Origin: Azolla caroliniana
Lineage: Eukaryota; Plantae; Polypodiophyta
DNA: 64,000 nucleotides
Reading direction: 5' to 3'
Assembly (NCBI GenBank): GCA_043228905.1
Contig: JBHGNT010000005.1
Coordinates: forward strand, 6,076,001 to 6,140,000
Part shown: in pieces, positions 1-13,942 of the stretch
Position numbering within the stretch: position 1 is the stretch's first letter
Layout of the letters: the number at the start of each line of letters is the position of its first letter
The notes under the pieces: generated by a model
What the model was told of the DNA's origin: nothing
Seen by the model: only the letters and a program-made list of their open reading frames with translations
Databases searched by the model: none
Program-made: the position numbers and the translations under genes

Positions 1-402
1 TTCATATCATCACCTTCAGGAGAACTATGTTACACTAAGCAAAAATGTCAATTTTAGCTTGACATCGTGAAAACTTACACAGGAAATAGGTAATGGTGCA
101 GGATAGGATGATGGTATCTATCAATATATAATGATGATGTACATAATAATATCAAAACAATCTCATAATGGATGAAATGTCTTGATTTTCCCATCCTATC
201 AACACCTCTGGTATATCACTCATGCATATACATATATGTATCACTTTTCTTTTGGAAAACATTGCATGGATGAAATTTTGTTAAGAGTATGTCATGCTCA
301 TGTAGAGAGAGGCTGCACTGCAAAAAGGTATGTGAAATTATGAAATCACCCCATCACCATAACCATCATCTAACACTTCAGGGCCTCTTTTACACATACT
401 TT

Positions 403-3400
403 TTAACCCTCCCAAAGAAGCGGTTGCACGGCAAAAAGATACCTGAAATTGAAGTCGTAAGGCATAACTTGTACAACCTCAGATAATGCTTTCCCTTGCT
501 TGCTATGGTTGTGAGCAAGGCATTTTGCTATAGATTTGCCAAGTGCAGCACTTGGTAGTTGATCTGACACCCAGTCAAGCAAAGACTCCACATCTTTTGC
601 GAAATCCCTCATATACCAATCCAGAATCTTTGGTATCACGATCTTTGTTGGAGTCACCCCCACCGCTGCTTGTAAATACTCTGTTTTTGCAATCTCTAAC
701 TCATTTTCCACCTCCCGCGCTGTATATATGCGAACCTGTAATCCAACAATGTTAAACGGATGACATCACATCATTACAATGCACATTTATATTATAAATA
801 TATGTGTATGTATATAAATTTACATATATGTGTATGTATCTGTATATATTATGTATAGGCCAATCTGCTTCAGAGGCATCTCCGTGACATCGTCGGGCAA
901 ATTTAATACTTTAAATTTTCTAATCTGACATATAATAATATGTCAGCATAGTTTTCTACCTCACATTGGGGTTTCCCACATCACAGCCGCGGGCACATTT
1001 ATGCTTTGATGTTTCTAATCCAGCACGTAGTAACTATTCAGAATGATTTTCACCTCACTTTTTGAGGTTTCCCACCAGTAATATCATGCATTGCTAAGAA
1101 AGAGAATGTGCGTGTATGTATGTATTTTGAGTTAAGTGTACGTGTGTTTGTGCATTTGGATATCGTGTATATTTCTTTACACACTACAGACGTGTGTGAG
1201 AGATTTTTGTACCTTATTCCTGTGGATATAATCATGAAATCTGGTACTCGGTACAACCTTTTGTGCAGGTTGTAGATTTAGCAGCTGTGATTGATCATCC
1301 ATGATGGCTATGCATATAATAATATACATTGGACGTAAATACAGTCGCGTAAGATTTATACTCACCGCAGGTGAAGACCAACTCCCACAGCAGAGAGCAA
1401 AACTCACTGAAGGTTCTGGCCATTCTAATCCATAGGTGCGGCACATTAAACCCTCTGTTTCTCTCTCTCTGCTCTTCCATTCAGCCTATCATATTGCAAC
1501 CAGACACACAAATAAATATGAATAATCCAATTCCATATTTACTTTTTAATATTACAGCCCCCACATTTTTCATCAAAACCACCCAAAATCCCAATTGTTT
1601 CCAAAATATCCGGAAGAATACCACTCATTTCCAACAATTTCAAGATGCAAGGGTAACTTGAAAAAGCAGGTGGAATTCGGAGAGTTTCAAAATTCCAAGG
1701 GGCATGTTGGGGGTTTCATTGACCATGTTGGGAATTTCAGTAAGTTTTCCCAAAACATTGAATTTGATACTCACACTGGCAAGGTCACATGGTAGTCTTA
1801 AGATGAAGTGTTCGATGGCTAGGGCACTAAGAAGATGACCTCCAACATTGATAGCTGCCTGTTGCATACAAATATCAAAGTCTCTGAGTCACACTTGTAA
1901 CCAAATTTATAAGATAATAAAATGGCATTGCCACACATGACTATAAAATCTCTACATCTGATAAACATAAAAAGAATGTATATTAATTATATTGATCAAT
2001 GGAAAGAGATATGAAAGTGTCAAACCTTGCCCATAAGGGCAACAACTTGATGTGGGTTATTTGGAATTCCATGCTCCAAGAAAGCCTGAACACCAGGTTA
2101 TACTATTAGGTAGATGTAAAGGAAAACTTATAATAAAGATCTTTTAGATCAATAAGTATGGCTGGGTGTCTTACATGCATGATGCAAGAATTATAGATGT
2201 TTATCCAAAAGGATAGCTTTTGATGGTGAGTAAGACATCGTAGATCCACTACGCGCAACTTTTCTACCAAAGTCCTAATACAAAAAACAATAGCGAAGCA
2301 AAAAAATATCATGATCTAGAAATCATTTCGAGATAATTTTGAATACACAATCCAGCCATAAATACATAAGCAATCCATCATAATCTTACATTAGTTTCTT
2401 TAAGAATCCAGCTGATTTTGGAATCCGGCTATAGTCAAGTGAATTAGTTGTAATCTCTTGGTAATATTGGTAAGGGCCAATATCTCTAGGCATGGATTCA
2501 GCACTGATTTTGTAAGGATCTATGAATTCAATTTCTTCAGTAACATCTCGGGACATATTATAGCTCATCGAAGTAATGCTCGAGAGAGTCGAATGTGAGA
2601 CAGTGGATGATGTCTCACAATCGGAGAAAAGACCTTGCTTAGCTAATCTCAAGAATATGCTTGATAGACACCAAACTATTTCTTCAGAAAGAAGGTTAGG
2701 TTCAATGGTTTCTCCATCAGGCATTTCCACGATTTTCTTTGTATTGTCGACCTAATTGATAACAACAAGTGGACAGTCAGCACAGTATGGCACACCCATG
2801 AAGACCACGCAAGACATGATCCATCTATCTCTCCCATTAATAAATTATGGGACATATACAAGTAAAGGATTTTACCATGGTATCAGGATTTTGTGGCCAT
2901 ATCTTGCTAGATTTATCTACTGTCTTTTGATGATTTTCTTTCTCTAGGAAAGTTTCTTGTTCGCCACCAGATTTATAAATGACCTTTGACGGGGAAACTT
3001 CATCCACTGTACCCAGCCTATTATTGCAAGTTTGCTGAAATACTTGTCCACGAAGCTTTTTATCAGTAGCATCTTTGACAGCATCCCGTGATTCTTCCCC
3101 AATGCTTGATTTATGAATGATCAAACACTCTTCATTCTTACTTTCTACAACCGGAGGGAGAAGCTTTGCAATTACAGAACTTCTCTTCGCCTTTATTGTA
3201 CCATTCTTTTGAGATGGAACTTTCCCTTCTTTTGTCCCAGTAGAGCCCAAGTTTCCATTGGATTCTTTTTGTTGCTTGGAAAGAGAGAGGTATACTGCTT
3301 CATTATATAACCCTTGCCGCAATGTTACGATTGATTCTTCGAGGTTTATGACCTCTTCTTCTAGAACTGCAACTTCTGCTAACAGCTCTTGCACCTGAAT

Positions 3401-4382
3401 TTCATGTGAACATGTGTTAAAGTGAAAATTTGACAAATCTATAGATCAAAGTTTGTTTTTGTTTAAGTAAAACATAAGTGAACCTTTGGAGCAAGGCGCG
3501 GGGAAAATCGTGGCAGAACACCAAGAGTTCTCCGGAATGCTCTTTCTAGAGCCTTGTGTGTATCAATCTCTTGTCGTAGTTTCTTTTGCAAATTTGTAAT
3601 CTAAAATGCATGGATGATATAGCCACGTTAGGAGGGTTTAAGCCATGCAAAGAAAGCCGCAAGGATAAACAACAGGAAAAGAAAGATAATAACCTCTTTC
3701 TCTAAAGAAAGTCGATACTCTTGGCGGGCACATCGTTGTCGTGCTCTTTCTGCTGTACTCAAGACCTTGGCAATCCAATAAATAGACAATGAGACAACAT
3801 GCCATGCTAATTGTATAAGGAACAATCCGATGCAATTCCCTCTTGTTTATAAAAATAGCAATGACTTAACATTAAGAAACCAATAACGTATTCAGACATG
3901 TGACATTCAATAAGGAGAGATTGATTAAAGGGAAATTAACCAAAATAAGATGCTCATGTGTATCAAAAGTTCAAAATTAATGATTTGACTAATTACCTAT
4001 ATATGCTTTATCAAAATTAGGCTCCTAATGACATGATAATTTCAGATTATGCAGGAGCAAACTGCAAAATACACTTCACTACTTTATTTTCCCAAATGCC
4101 TCTTGTCAATCCCCCAAAGACGTAAATAGTGGACAATTTGACCCTATAATTACTCAGACAGCACTTAAAGTAGGAGACAATGGGATCAATTGGCCATATA
4201 TTTGCTCTAAAGATGGTTGTCCATGGGTATTTGAGGAAGTTAAAAGAAACTTACGAATATTTAGGAGTTTTTCCAGAAGGATTTTTAAACTCAAGAAGCT
4301 ATACAAGAAAACAAATGCATACCTTCTTCTCGACGGCACGGTTCTTTGAAGGCCGAGACAATCCACGACCCCAGCCTTGCAT
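403..4382 (-). CDS. DUF547 domain protein with N-terminal MIP1-type leucine zipper (ternary complex factor MIP1-like), spliced
   Basis: Exons with GT-AG borders, in transcription order: 4382-4323 ([20 protein letters not shown], start tentative), 3765-3694 (..RLSLEKE), 3600-3484 ([22 protein letters not shown]), 3394-2876 ([20 protein letters not shown]..), 2751-2390 ([21 protein letters not shown]), 2274-2175 ([15 protein letters not shown]), 2085-2026 (AFLEHGIP), 1858-1775 (AAINVGG..IEHFILR), 1485-1366 ([23 protein letters not shown]), 735-403 ([22 protein letters not shown]). These motifs are characteristic of plant DUF547 proteins. Splice phases join in frame. Confidence 0.9.
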
Positions 4383-5041
4383 TGAAATATTCTCCACGGT
4401 GGCATGAGTTCTAGAGAAAGAAAATCTACCACTTTTACTTCTTTTCAAGTTTATTACATATAAAAGATACCTATCCAAGAATACAGTTCAAAAAAATATT
4501 CAGGATCATATTTTGAATAGCAAGTTTTCTGGTGCCCAATAGCCAATAGGGACTCTACCCACAAACAAGAAACCTATTTTTGTATTACACTCCTCCCTCT
4601 CTTAATTTAATGCAAGTAAAACATAGTGGTGAAATCTTCTTTTCATGGTGAAGGTATAAATAAACTCAAGAGACCAGTAGGATTCACTTTTAGACTCTGT
4701 TGATGAATTGAAATTGGTTGATTGAAAAACTGGCTCAATGATTAAGTTTCCTAATCTGGTTTTCTACTAAAGAAACACTTATTCTGCTAATCATGAATAG
4801 ATTAGAATCATTCACTTTCAATTGCATCAAGTAATAGCATAAAAGCTTTTGATAGACAAAAATTTACCACTGCCATGCGTCCAGAACAAAATTCTATACT
4901 AATATAGGTACCTAACATACAAACATAAACAAATACCAACATACACGCATACATATATACACGAAACAAAACGCTCACTTTTACAGTTAAATAAGACCAA
5001 TGGCCCTAAACCTTCTTCCTTCTGGAAAGATCTATAAGATC

Positions 5042-5043
<2 letters not shown>

Positions 5044-5086
<43 letters not shown>
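5044..5086. repeat. (CT)n microsatellite
   Basis: Perfect dinucleotide run. Confidence 0.95.
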
Positions 5087-5091
<5 letters not shown>

Positions 5092-5629
5092 TAATTGATT
5101 TCTTTTTTGGCACTATCTTTGCTTTGGCAAAACATACTACTTGACCCTTAGAATTACACATACACGCAATTTTATCCTATTAATATCACAAAATAACAGA
5201 GTACTCATTCAAGCTACATATGATTGATATAATTCAAACACAATTGAATGCCCATCTTGTGAATTTTGAGCTTGGCATCAGAAAAACACAGAAGAGACTT
5301 AGTATATATCCTTAAAGCCTATTATCCAAATTTGACTTGTTTTTTTTTTTCTTTTGCAAAAAAATAAAGTATAAAAAAACAATGACATACCACGGTATAT
5401 ATATTCAGCAGGCTTCAACCAGCATCTGCTAGGAAGCTTGGAAATCAGCTCTGGAAATAGCACATAAAAATCAGGCAAAAATAGTAAGTAAGTTCCAAAT
5501 TTCTGAGAATGAAGGCAGAGACCGAAGTCATTTGAAAGGTAAAGTAATGGAAAAAAAAAGGTGAAGCGGAAGAGACAGAGGCCATACAAACTTGCACACG
5601 GACGGATCAACACCGAAAAAATTTCCGCA

Positions 5630-5731
5630 CAGAGAGAGAGAGAGGGAGGTGAGAGGAAATGCTCTGTAGCGATGAGAGACAGAGAGACAGAGAAAGAGAA
5701 AGAGAGACAGAGAGAGTGTGTGAGAGTGAGC

Positions 5732-5762
<31 letters not shown>

Positions 5763-5808
5763 GGAATGCTCTGTTTCTGAGAAAAGGGAGGAGGAGGAGG
5801 AGGAGGAG
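5630..5808 (-). promoter_or_regulatory. GA/GAG-rich tract (CT-rich on gene sense strand), probable 5' leader/TSS region of the DUF547 gene
   Basis: (GA)n and (GAG)n runs upstream of the first coding exon; CT-rich leaders are typical of plant genes. TSS not determined. Confidence 0.45.
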
Positions 5809-5824
5809 GTGCAGGGTCGTCTGC

Positions 5825-5904
5825 TGACGTGGATCAGCGCACTGGCCATCATCATGACTCTAGTCCACCAGGGAAGGGCAGCTCCCACTTTGCGGTGACG
5901 TGGC
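5825..5904. promoter_or_regulatory. Two ACGT-core bZIP/ABRE-like motifs (TGACGTGG, TGACGTGGC)
   Basis: Motifs at 5825-5832 and 5896-5904, just upstream of the presumed leader. Confidence 0.35.
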
Positions 5905-6220
5905 ATGCCAGCTCAGCAGGGCCTCTAGATTTGTCGGGACCCGCTAAATGTAGCCATCTGTTTCTTCTTTCTTCTTTCTTCCTCGTCTTTCTTCTGTTGT
6001 TGCCGATATATATTATTTATTTATTATTGCTTCCTTTTTGTTAGAATTTCAAACACTTTTTTTTTTTCCCCTTTGCTTCCTTACCGTTAGGAGATTGCAA
6101 AATTAATTAAATAAATAAATAAATATAAGCCCTTTTTTATGTCTTTACACCCTTCCTTCTTCTTGCTTCCTTCTTGAGACACCACAAATTTAGTAGTACC
6201 GTGGCTCTTTCTTCTTCTTC

Positions 6221-6254
6221 TTCATTCATTCATTCATTCATTCATTCATTCATT
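6221..6254. repeat. (TTCA)n microsatellite
   Basis: About 8 perfect tetranucleotide units. Confidence 0.9.
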
Positions 6255-6569
6255 GTCTTCTCTTTGATTAAAACGTCGCTAGTAGCGTTGTAACTTGTAA
6301 GATTGCTCTTCTTTAAAAAGATCTCTTGTGGACGATAAATCTTTCTCTCTCTCTCTCTCTCTCTCCCCTATGTAAATAGTTAATGCATGAATTACGAACT
6401 ATAGAAATACAAATGGGCAGGAATGTCATGCATATCATTGGACCCACTCAAAAATAAACGATTGTGGTCCCCCATCGCATCCCACGTCCCTCAATACCTC
6501 AAAATGGGCATATTTCATCGCGTGGAGTATTGGCTTACAAATCCCTGATTCCTCTTGTGGACGATAAGT

Positions 6570-6593
6570 CTCTCTCCCTCCCTCCCTCTCCCT

Positions 6594-6661
<68 letters not shown>
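6570..6661. repeat. (CT)n microsatellite
   Basis: Long CT run preceded by a CCCT-rich stretch. Confidence 0.95.
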
Positions 6662-6665
<4 letters not shown>

Positions 6666-6982
6666 GATACCTTATTACTACATATTTTTCATTTCATTTT
6701 TGCGTCTCTACATAGATTCAGTTATCCTTAACAACAATGGAAAAACAAATAATAATAATGGTTGTGTTCGCTAGTGACAAAATGGTGTGGACAACACGAA
6801 AAGACTTTACATGTGATTGGTTGACCGTGAATTTAAAACACACTTTTGTAATTGAATACATTTTCAGCTACAAACGTTTTACCTTTTTGAAGCCTTAATT
6901 GCTCACTCCTACTTTTTCCCCATTGATTATTCGGTGTCATGTTAACACCATGTCCCTTTTCGAAATCTTTGATCTTGTGAAT

Positions 6983-7227
6983 AACCTAACCTAACACGAC
7001 TTTGAGTTGGACACAACCATGGTTGCTTCTCTACAATTATACATGTTTTCTACTCTAGCAAGCCAAAAAAACTAGGGGAGTCATGTGTGTGATGTTCCCT
7101 CTAAACAACCTAACCTAATACAACTTCAAGTTGGACAAAATCATGATTACTTCTTTGCACTTATAGTTTTTTTTTAACTTGAGCAAGTCAAGAAACCCAA
7201 GGGAGATGTGTGATGTTCCCTCTGAAC
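6983..7227. repeat. Diverged tandem duplication, ~124-bp unit x2
   Basis: Both units start AACCTAACCTAA and end TGTGTGATGTTCCCTCT. Confidence 0.8.
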
Positions 7228-8594
7228 TTCTGAAGAACACCCCTTGATAACATTTTCACAATAAGTCATGTATGTCATGACATTGGCTTCCAGGGAGCAC
7301 TAACTTGCATCAATACTATGACCTCCCTAGAATTTTATTCTCATTTCACAAATTGTAGTAGTGCATGAATTATCAAGCAATTGTGTGCATTGATTTCGTA
7401 GACTTCTTGATGTAAATTACTACTAACACGGCAACATGTATTTTGAAAACCATGGTGCCCTATTAGGCCCAATAAAACAAGTATCAACCCCCCATGCAAA
7501 AAATTGTACCAAGCATAAAAATTACACCATAAGCACGGGCACCAATTCATTGCCAAGAGATGCATTTATAACTTGTATTATTTCATAATGTTTGTTTAAT
7601 GTGACACAAGAACCTTGTTGATAACTACATTTTAGAGGCATTGTCACGACATGAATATGAAAAAGTGCTTTTATCTTAAGTTTGATTTAGCTTTTCTTGT
7701 TTGAAGATTGTTTCACCTTTCTCATGTGGAAAGATCTTTTTCGCCACTATGACATTGGATTTCGTTGCATCAATAGAAGTTGTGATCTCTATTGACCTTT
7801 TAACATATATTTCTCTTCTTTGTCTCTCTATGTTTATTTTGTCAGTTGCACAAAATGGTCGCCTAATCAATTGTATTGTGGTGTGCATGTACACCTTCAC
7901 ACCACAATATCACAGGCATGCTTGGTGGGGTCAAATGTGAGTATGGATCCTTTGAAAATGAGACTTCTGACAAGGAATCATACTTTTATATCTTTCAAGC
8001 ACTAATCCAGTGTGTATCCAACCTATTTTACAAAGGCAAACCTCATTCTACAAGTTGACCTATATGATTATTTCAAGCACTAGATTCCTACATGTAGCTC
8101 AAGATATAACAAGGTGTGACGAGGTTTTAGAAAATCAGGTTAAGCAAATTCAATATTTTGATGAGAAAGCAAAGCAAGTGGAATAATATTTAAGTGACAA
8201 GTTACAATTCACACATGTTTAATGCATTTAAACCTTAAACCTTACAACTTGATAAACTTCAAAATATTTTCTAAATGACATCCACACATGTGTGATTATA
8301 CATATTGATATATAGCATATAAATATATATTGTTCCCATCTTTGTGTTCATCTATCGCACACTAGTGCTTCTTTGTTCTTGAATATTTTCTACGTGAGAA
8401 TAAATGAAGTTATCTCAAGTTATTGGTATAGCCTAGGTGTGGAATGTTTTGACATGTGAATAGAACGGTAATGCTTACATGATTACATCCCACGCCTATG
8501 GTTGTCCTCAAAATAGTGAATATAAATGAAAGTTTATATTAGTACTAAAAATATGATATTTTCATGCTTACGAAGCGAAGACCATGGAAAAGCT

Positions 8595-8731
8595 TCATTT
8601 ATCCTCATGGGGACAATATTTGTATAAAATTTAATTCCACTCATGTTGCTACATTCTAATGCTTCATTCACCCTTACAGGGGTGATATTTGTATAAATTT
8701 TACTTCCATTCATGTCACTACATTCCAATGG
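8595..8731. repeat. Diverged tandem duplication, ~69-bp unit x2
   Basis: Shared ATATTTGTATAAA..TTCCA.TCATGT...TACATTC.AATG core. Confidence 0.8.
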
Positions 8732-9978
8732 TTTTTTTTCCCAAAAAGAAGCTACTTTCCCATTAGTTAGGAGAGATTATTATAGAAAGATTATTATACA
8801 TAAACTGGGGAATTACCTTCCGACCGAGTTCAATAATATGAGACCACGTACATATCCTTTCCAAACTGACTATTTAATGTAAGTAGGTACATGTAGCTAT
8901 ACATTAGTGCCCTTCATCATCGACCAATATGAGCCAGATCTTGTGGCCTGCTACATTCTAGTGGTTATTCCCAAGAGGATGTATGCATATTATACTTCTC
9001 ATACAACATGTACATGCAACCATATTTTCCATGATATGCTTGTTGAATTTAAAGTATAATATAAATTATTTTTCTCTACATAGAGTGTAAGATTGCTAGC
9101 TTGGGTTAGGGAAAGTGAGATGGTGGGAATCATTATGATTCATTTAATAATTTCCAAACAGGTAATACAAGAGTTGCAAATGAATCTTAATGGATAGGGC
9201 AGTTAGGGCTAGGTTGGAAGAGTGGGTTCTTTTTTTTTGTTTGGGGAGGGGGGGCATGGTAATATCCACGAGCCATTCTCATGTTGAACACACCGCATTT
9301 GTGTTCAATAATGATTACCTATTGGCATAAATATACCATAAATAAATTGATTGGCAATAGACATTTGGATACCTATCAACTTAAAATGGTCACTTTCAAA
9401 CGTATCGTAAACACATGTTCGCATTCAACAAGTACGCATGTCCTAGATAGGTGATGTGCAAAATATGTCAATAACACGTTTGAGCATCTCTTTGCTCATG
9501 TAATTGTAACTTGAATATGTTGCCCGTACTTGTCATCTTCCTTTATACCTTGAAAATGTCAATGTCAATTCTACCAAATAAATCAAAACTTTACCACATC
9601 CTCATTTATGGTATTATTAATTAGAAGTTACTACATTTCCACCCATACAATGGTCAATAAGTGAGCCAAACCATTTGTTATGAATCTAATATGAGTCTTG
9701 ACAATTAACAATCTAATAGTATCTAAAGTATTTATATTATGCAATGAGATAATATTTATTCATAGCAAGTTGTAACAAAATTAAGAAGAAATGTAACATG
9801 GAGTCCAATCTATATAACGATTGAATATAGCCATTTATACAATTGCATATAGCCATTTATTTTCGTAATAAAAAAGTGTATATGATATACAGAAGTCAAA
9901 GATCACCATGTTCAAAGGGACTCATGTATGTATTCCATTTCTATCTTTAGTCAATATACTCAAAATCAAATGTGAGCG

Positions 9979-10104
9979 CATGTATTTCCGCAAAATCACC
10001 GATGATATCGCAATGGCATCTACATTCAATCAACTTGATCCTGAATATGGTACGTCCTTAACTTGCCTTCCCCTAGTTTGAAGGGTGATTTTGTGGAAAA
10101 TATG
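9979..10104. mobile_element. Small foldback / MITE-like remnant
   Basis: Imperfect ~22-bp inverted repeats CATGTATTTCCGCAAAATCACC (9979-10000) and GGTGATTTTGTGGAAAATATG (10084-10104). No clear TSD. Confidence 0.45.
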
Positions 10105-11315
10105 GATAGCTCGATGCAAAAATGTGTTTCAACAAATAAAGCAGAATCTTGTTCATTGTGTGAAGGAAAGTTGATCGATGCTTATTTCAATTTTAAAAGG
10201 TCAATAGGACTCCTTCATTGGTAATGAAGATAGCCTTTTTCTTAAACAAAGGTCCTTTAAATGCAAGTGGAAGAAATTGTTCGTCTTTGTGGAGAGAAAT
10301 GCCAAAATGGTTTGGCCATATCTACACCCTCAATGGTTGTTTCCTCCATAGGTGGAGTTTGTTTTACCTTATGACATAATGGGGGCTATACTTTTTTCTG
10401 TGCTATCTTACACGCCACTAGATTGTATCATTATATGCTTTGTATATACTTATTGGATTAGTAATGAAAGCTACGGTGTAGTTTTGAAAAAGAAAGAAAA
10501 AGAAAAAGAAGTGAGCGCGATGCATCATGGTCCATTTTGTCTCTCACTTCTTTCCGCATATAATTCATTGAGTTTTTTTTTTTGCCCAAGAGCCTCATGT
10601 GTGCAAGTCAATGTTTCCGCATGCAACTTATGGAAGCAATCACTTATCATGAAATTCATGTATGGATGTATTCATGTAAATTGCAATTTACGCAACCATT
10701 GAAAAGTTAGGCTTTGGAATCGAAGTTTTGTGGTATATTTGAAGGCAAGCATTAGATATGCAAAAATGTTTTGTGATGTTGAATCATAAGTGGTGTTTAA
10801 TAGCATCATTGCTAGTACCTCCAAATTCTTTTGCATGTTAAAGTATAGATTCCATAGGTAGAAGCTCAATGATGGGGTAATCCTTACTCCACAAGTTCTC
10901 ATCATGGGTTACCATACTTTCAAAAGTAGATACGCAATGCCTATTTTGAATGCTATAACTATTAACATCTTGTTCAAGTAGAGTGTAGTGTACCATTACT
11001 CGATATATTTTATGAATATTGTGTATATACTTACTACTCATCTTATGTCTTTCCTAGTGTCTAAAATAGTGGACATATTAAAACAACACGAGAATACAAA
11101 AAAAACATGTCATCTCTACGAGAGTGAGGATAATATGGCAATGAAAATCTTCTATGGTTATGCAATATTTGCCAACATAAATGTAAATACTTTCATAATA
11201 AGGTGTATGGAAAGCTCAATCATAAAACAACAAATTTTCTTTTTAGCTTGATTATGATTTGAGATATTCCATGTAGACTAACAAACAACCCCCCAATTTT
11301 CACACGACAATTGTA

Positions 11316-11473
11316 CCATAGGTCCCAATACGTGAGATATCTAAATAACACCTCATACAATGGGAGTAAAGCTCTAGATCCATGAATAAAACCCCATAGG
11401 CCCCAATACTTGAGATAGTTAAATAACACCTCATACATTGGGGGTAAAGCTCTAGATCCATGAATGAAAACCC
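11316..11473. repeat. Tandem duplication, ~78-bp unit x2
   Basis: CCATAGG.CCCAATAC.TGAGATA..TAAATAACACCTCATACA.TGGG.GTAAAGCTCTAGATCCATGAAT occurs twice. Confidence 0.9.
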
Positions 11474-13854
11474 ATTGCAATGGTGACAACAACCAATTAA
11501 CAAAACCCAAAATTGGAATGCAATACTCTATCTTCAACCAACTCACAACAAACAACATTGGTATGCACTAAAAGCATCTTTGTTTCCTATTGAATGGCCA
11601 ATCTTCGATTCCTTTGTTACATAATCAACGTGCTAATTGTTGCTTGGAATCGAGGAATGGGAATTATTGTGCATTCAAGGACGAGTGCATTTGAGCAGAA
11701 ATCTAATTTTGAGGTCTCAAGAGACGTCTCTTTAACAAATTGGTGAGATCAAAGCTTGTTTTATGGGATGGTTGCATATTGAAGTCCAATAATGTTTCTT
11801 TGTGAAGATTCAGAAAGTCAAGATACAAACATCATACATGCCTCCTACTCCTTGAGACTAGATCACTTCCTATTGAGATCATCAACATGGAAACTATTGG
11901 TCAATACATGCTTGAGGTTAAAAAATAATCCTCATATTAATGTCCTGGAATTTCATGGAAGCAAATAAATTTTTTGAAAGGATGTGCACAAGCAAAAAAT
12001 TGAGTTAAAGAGAGATGCAATATGTAAAGAAATGGTTTAGAAGATGGGATGTATTATGCTTGCTTTGTCATGTTTCTATAGATTCCTCCATGAATAAGAC
12101 TTATTGCAACACCAGATGTATTATACCTTGGGAGAGATTAGGAGGCTCATGTTTCATGCATTATATATTGCATATGTTGTACCAAAGCTACAAACCCATA
12201 TTCACAGAACAAGAAAACTCCATTTGCCCATATATTCTTGGGTCTATACCTTATCCCATCATACACACTATCACTTTCCTTATAAAGTAGCTCACATTAT
12301 GTTCAATATAAGATTGGGTGTTAGAGCATAGACAAGGAGACTCATTAACCATGCTTATTTTTCTTTGAACAAGTTTGTGAACCTAGTATCGCACTATGTT
12401 ATTACAATGTTTCACCTTCAATCACATTTAACTTTGCTTTCCAACAATTATCAATCCATTCCTATCTCACAATTATAATGCGCACTCTCAATTGTAACAT
12501 CCACTACCCAAATCTTAAACATTGATGGTCACTACGTAGCTTCACACAATACTACACTTTTGGTTCCATGGGGCAAACTTTACCTTTGAGGATGATAATA
12601 AAGTTATGTATATTTGAAAATGAAATGACAACCATTCTCTCAAATAGTGAGAACCTTATATTTTACTCTCCAACCATGTACTCTAAGAGAGATCAATCTT
12701 AGACTAATCTAATGCATGATTAATTCTTAATCCCTTAACTAAATATTAAGTGAGTGATGCTCATTCACACACACATGCATATAAAGTAAACTCATTTATC
12801 ATTCGTCAAGTCAATGATAAGTGATCATAGGGAATCCTTACTCGTGTTTATCTATATTTTGTGTTCTATCAACATTAACTAATAACCATTAGATAATAGT
12901 GTGTGCTCCTTGATTTAACATTTCATTATCCCTACTACAACATCACCCATCATCACTAGAGGTGTTCACCATTGCAATTGATACCTTAGTTGATCCCAAC
13001 ATCTTCCACCCTCGCTTGACTTGATAATAATTAACGATGTTTAGTTGGTCAATGTACATGGAGTCTTTGCCAAATAGAGGGAAAATGACACTAAAGCCAA
13101 ATGGCACATTAGGAAAATTTTACAATGGTGAAAGGACCACACCTAGGTGCACCCAAGTTCTAGTTTTGTAAACATAAGGAGGTCCATAGTACAAGTAAAC
13201 AGATGCTACATCATATGCCAAAAAATAACTTTGGGGGAGTAAATGGTACCAACCTTGGGAAGGATAATGAACCCAACATAGAGCTAGAGGCAGTAGGGTA
13301 AAGGTTGAAAAGGTCCATTAAAGCCTCCAAAGGGTTTCCTCGATATGAACAAAAAGTTCTAAGCGAGTGAATGTCTTGTTTTTATGCCCAAAACTCATAT
13401 AGTTATACTTCTTGTTTTAATTCCCTATTCATTTTCTCATTTTCTCATTTGGTTTTCTCCCTATCCTTTCCATCCTCACAATCATATAGTGCCTCCTTCT
13501 TAAAGCTCTGAATTGAGCTATGTGCGATTCTTAGGTTGTGCTCCCTCGTGCTCTATCACAAGGCTCCCAAAGCTCGTGACAAGTCAGAAACCACCACACC
13601 CTTACTCTAAGCATCAAACTGAGCACTCAAGCGGAAACAAGCTTATGAAACAAAGACACGAGTCTCATATCATGGAGCTAAAACATGCTTGCAAAGAGCC
13701 TGGATGTCGTTATCCTACTCACGTCTTAAGAGCCCCAAATGTTTGTGATGCTTCCCTTTCTCAAGACTTAAAAATTTCAGTATTGACCTATGGGGATTTC
13801 ACGTGGATCTCTTTCATCGTTTCATAGGCAAGTATACTCCAACAACCGAACAAA

Positions 13855-13942
13855 TGGCGATGAGCCTCCCTTGTTGAGTTACTCTTATGGTTTGGATATC
13901 TTCAACTGAAAAGAGGAACTCAACAAGGGAGGGTCATCGCCA
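13855..13942. other. Near-perfect hairpin (32-bp stem, 2 mismatches); miRNA-precursor or mini-MITE candidate
   Basis: TGGCGATGAGCCTCCCTTGTTGAGTTACTCTT (13855-13886) pairs with AAGAGGAACTCAACAAGGGAGGGTCATCGCCA (13911-13942). Confidence 0.75.

Noticed and set aside
5607-6715. ORFs with SLSLSL/ERERER tracts
   Set aside because: They are translations of CT/GA microsatellites with no domain signal.
11600-12250. Possible gypsy integrase zinc-finger remnant (VKKWFRRWDVLC)
   Set aside because: No supporting neighbouring motifs in any frame I could read.
13905-13921. Resemblance of CTGAAAAGAGGAACTC to miR395
   Set aside because: Only the ends match; the length and middle do not.
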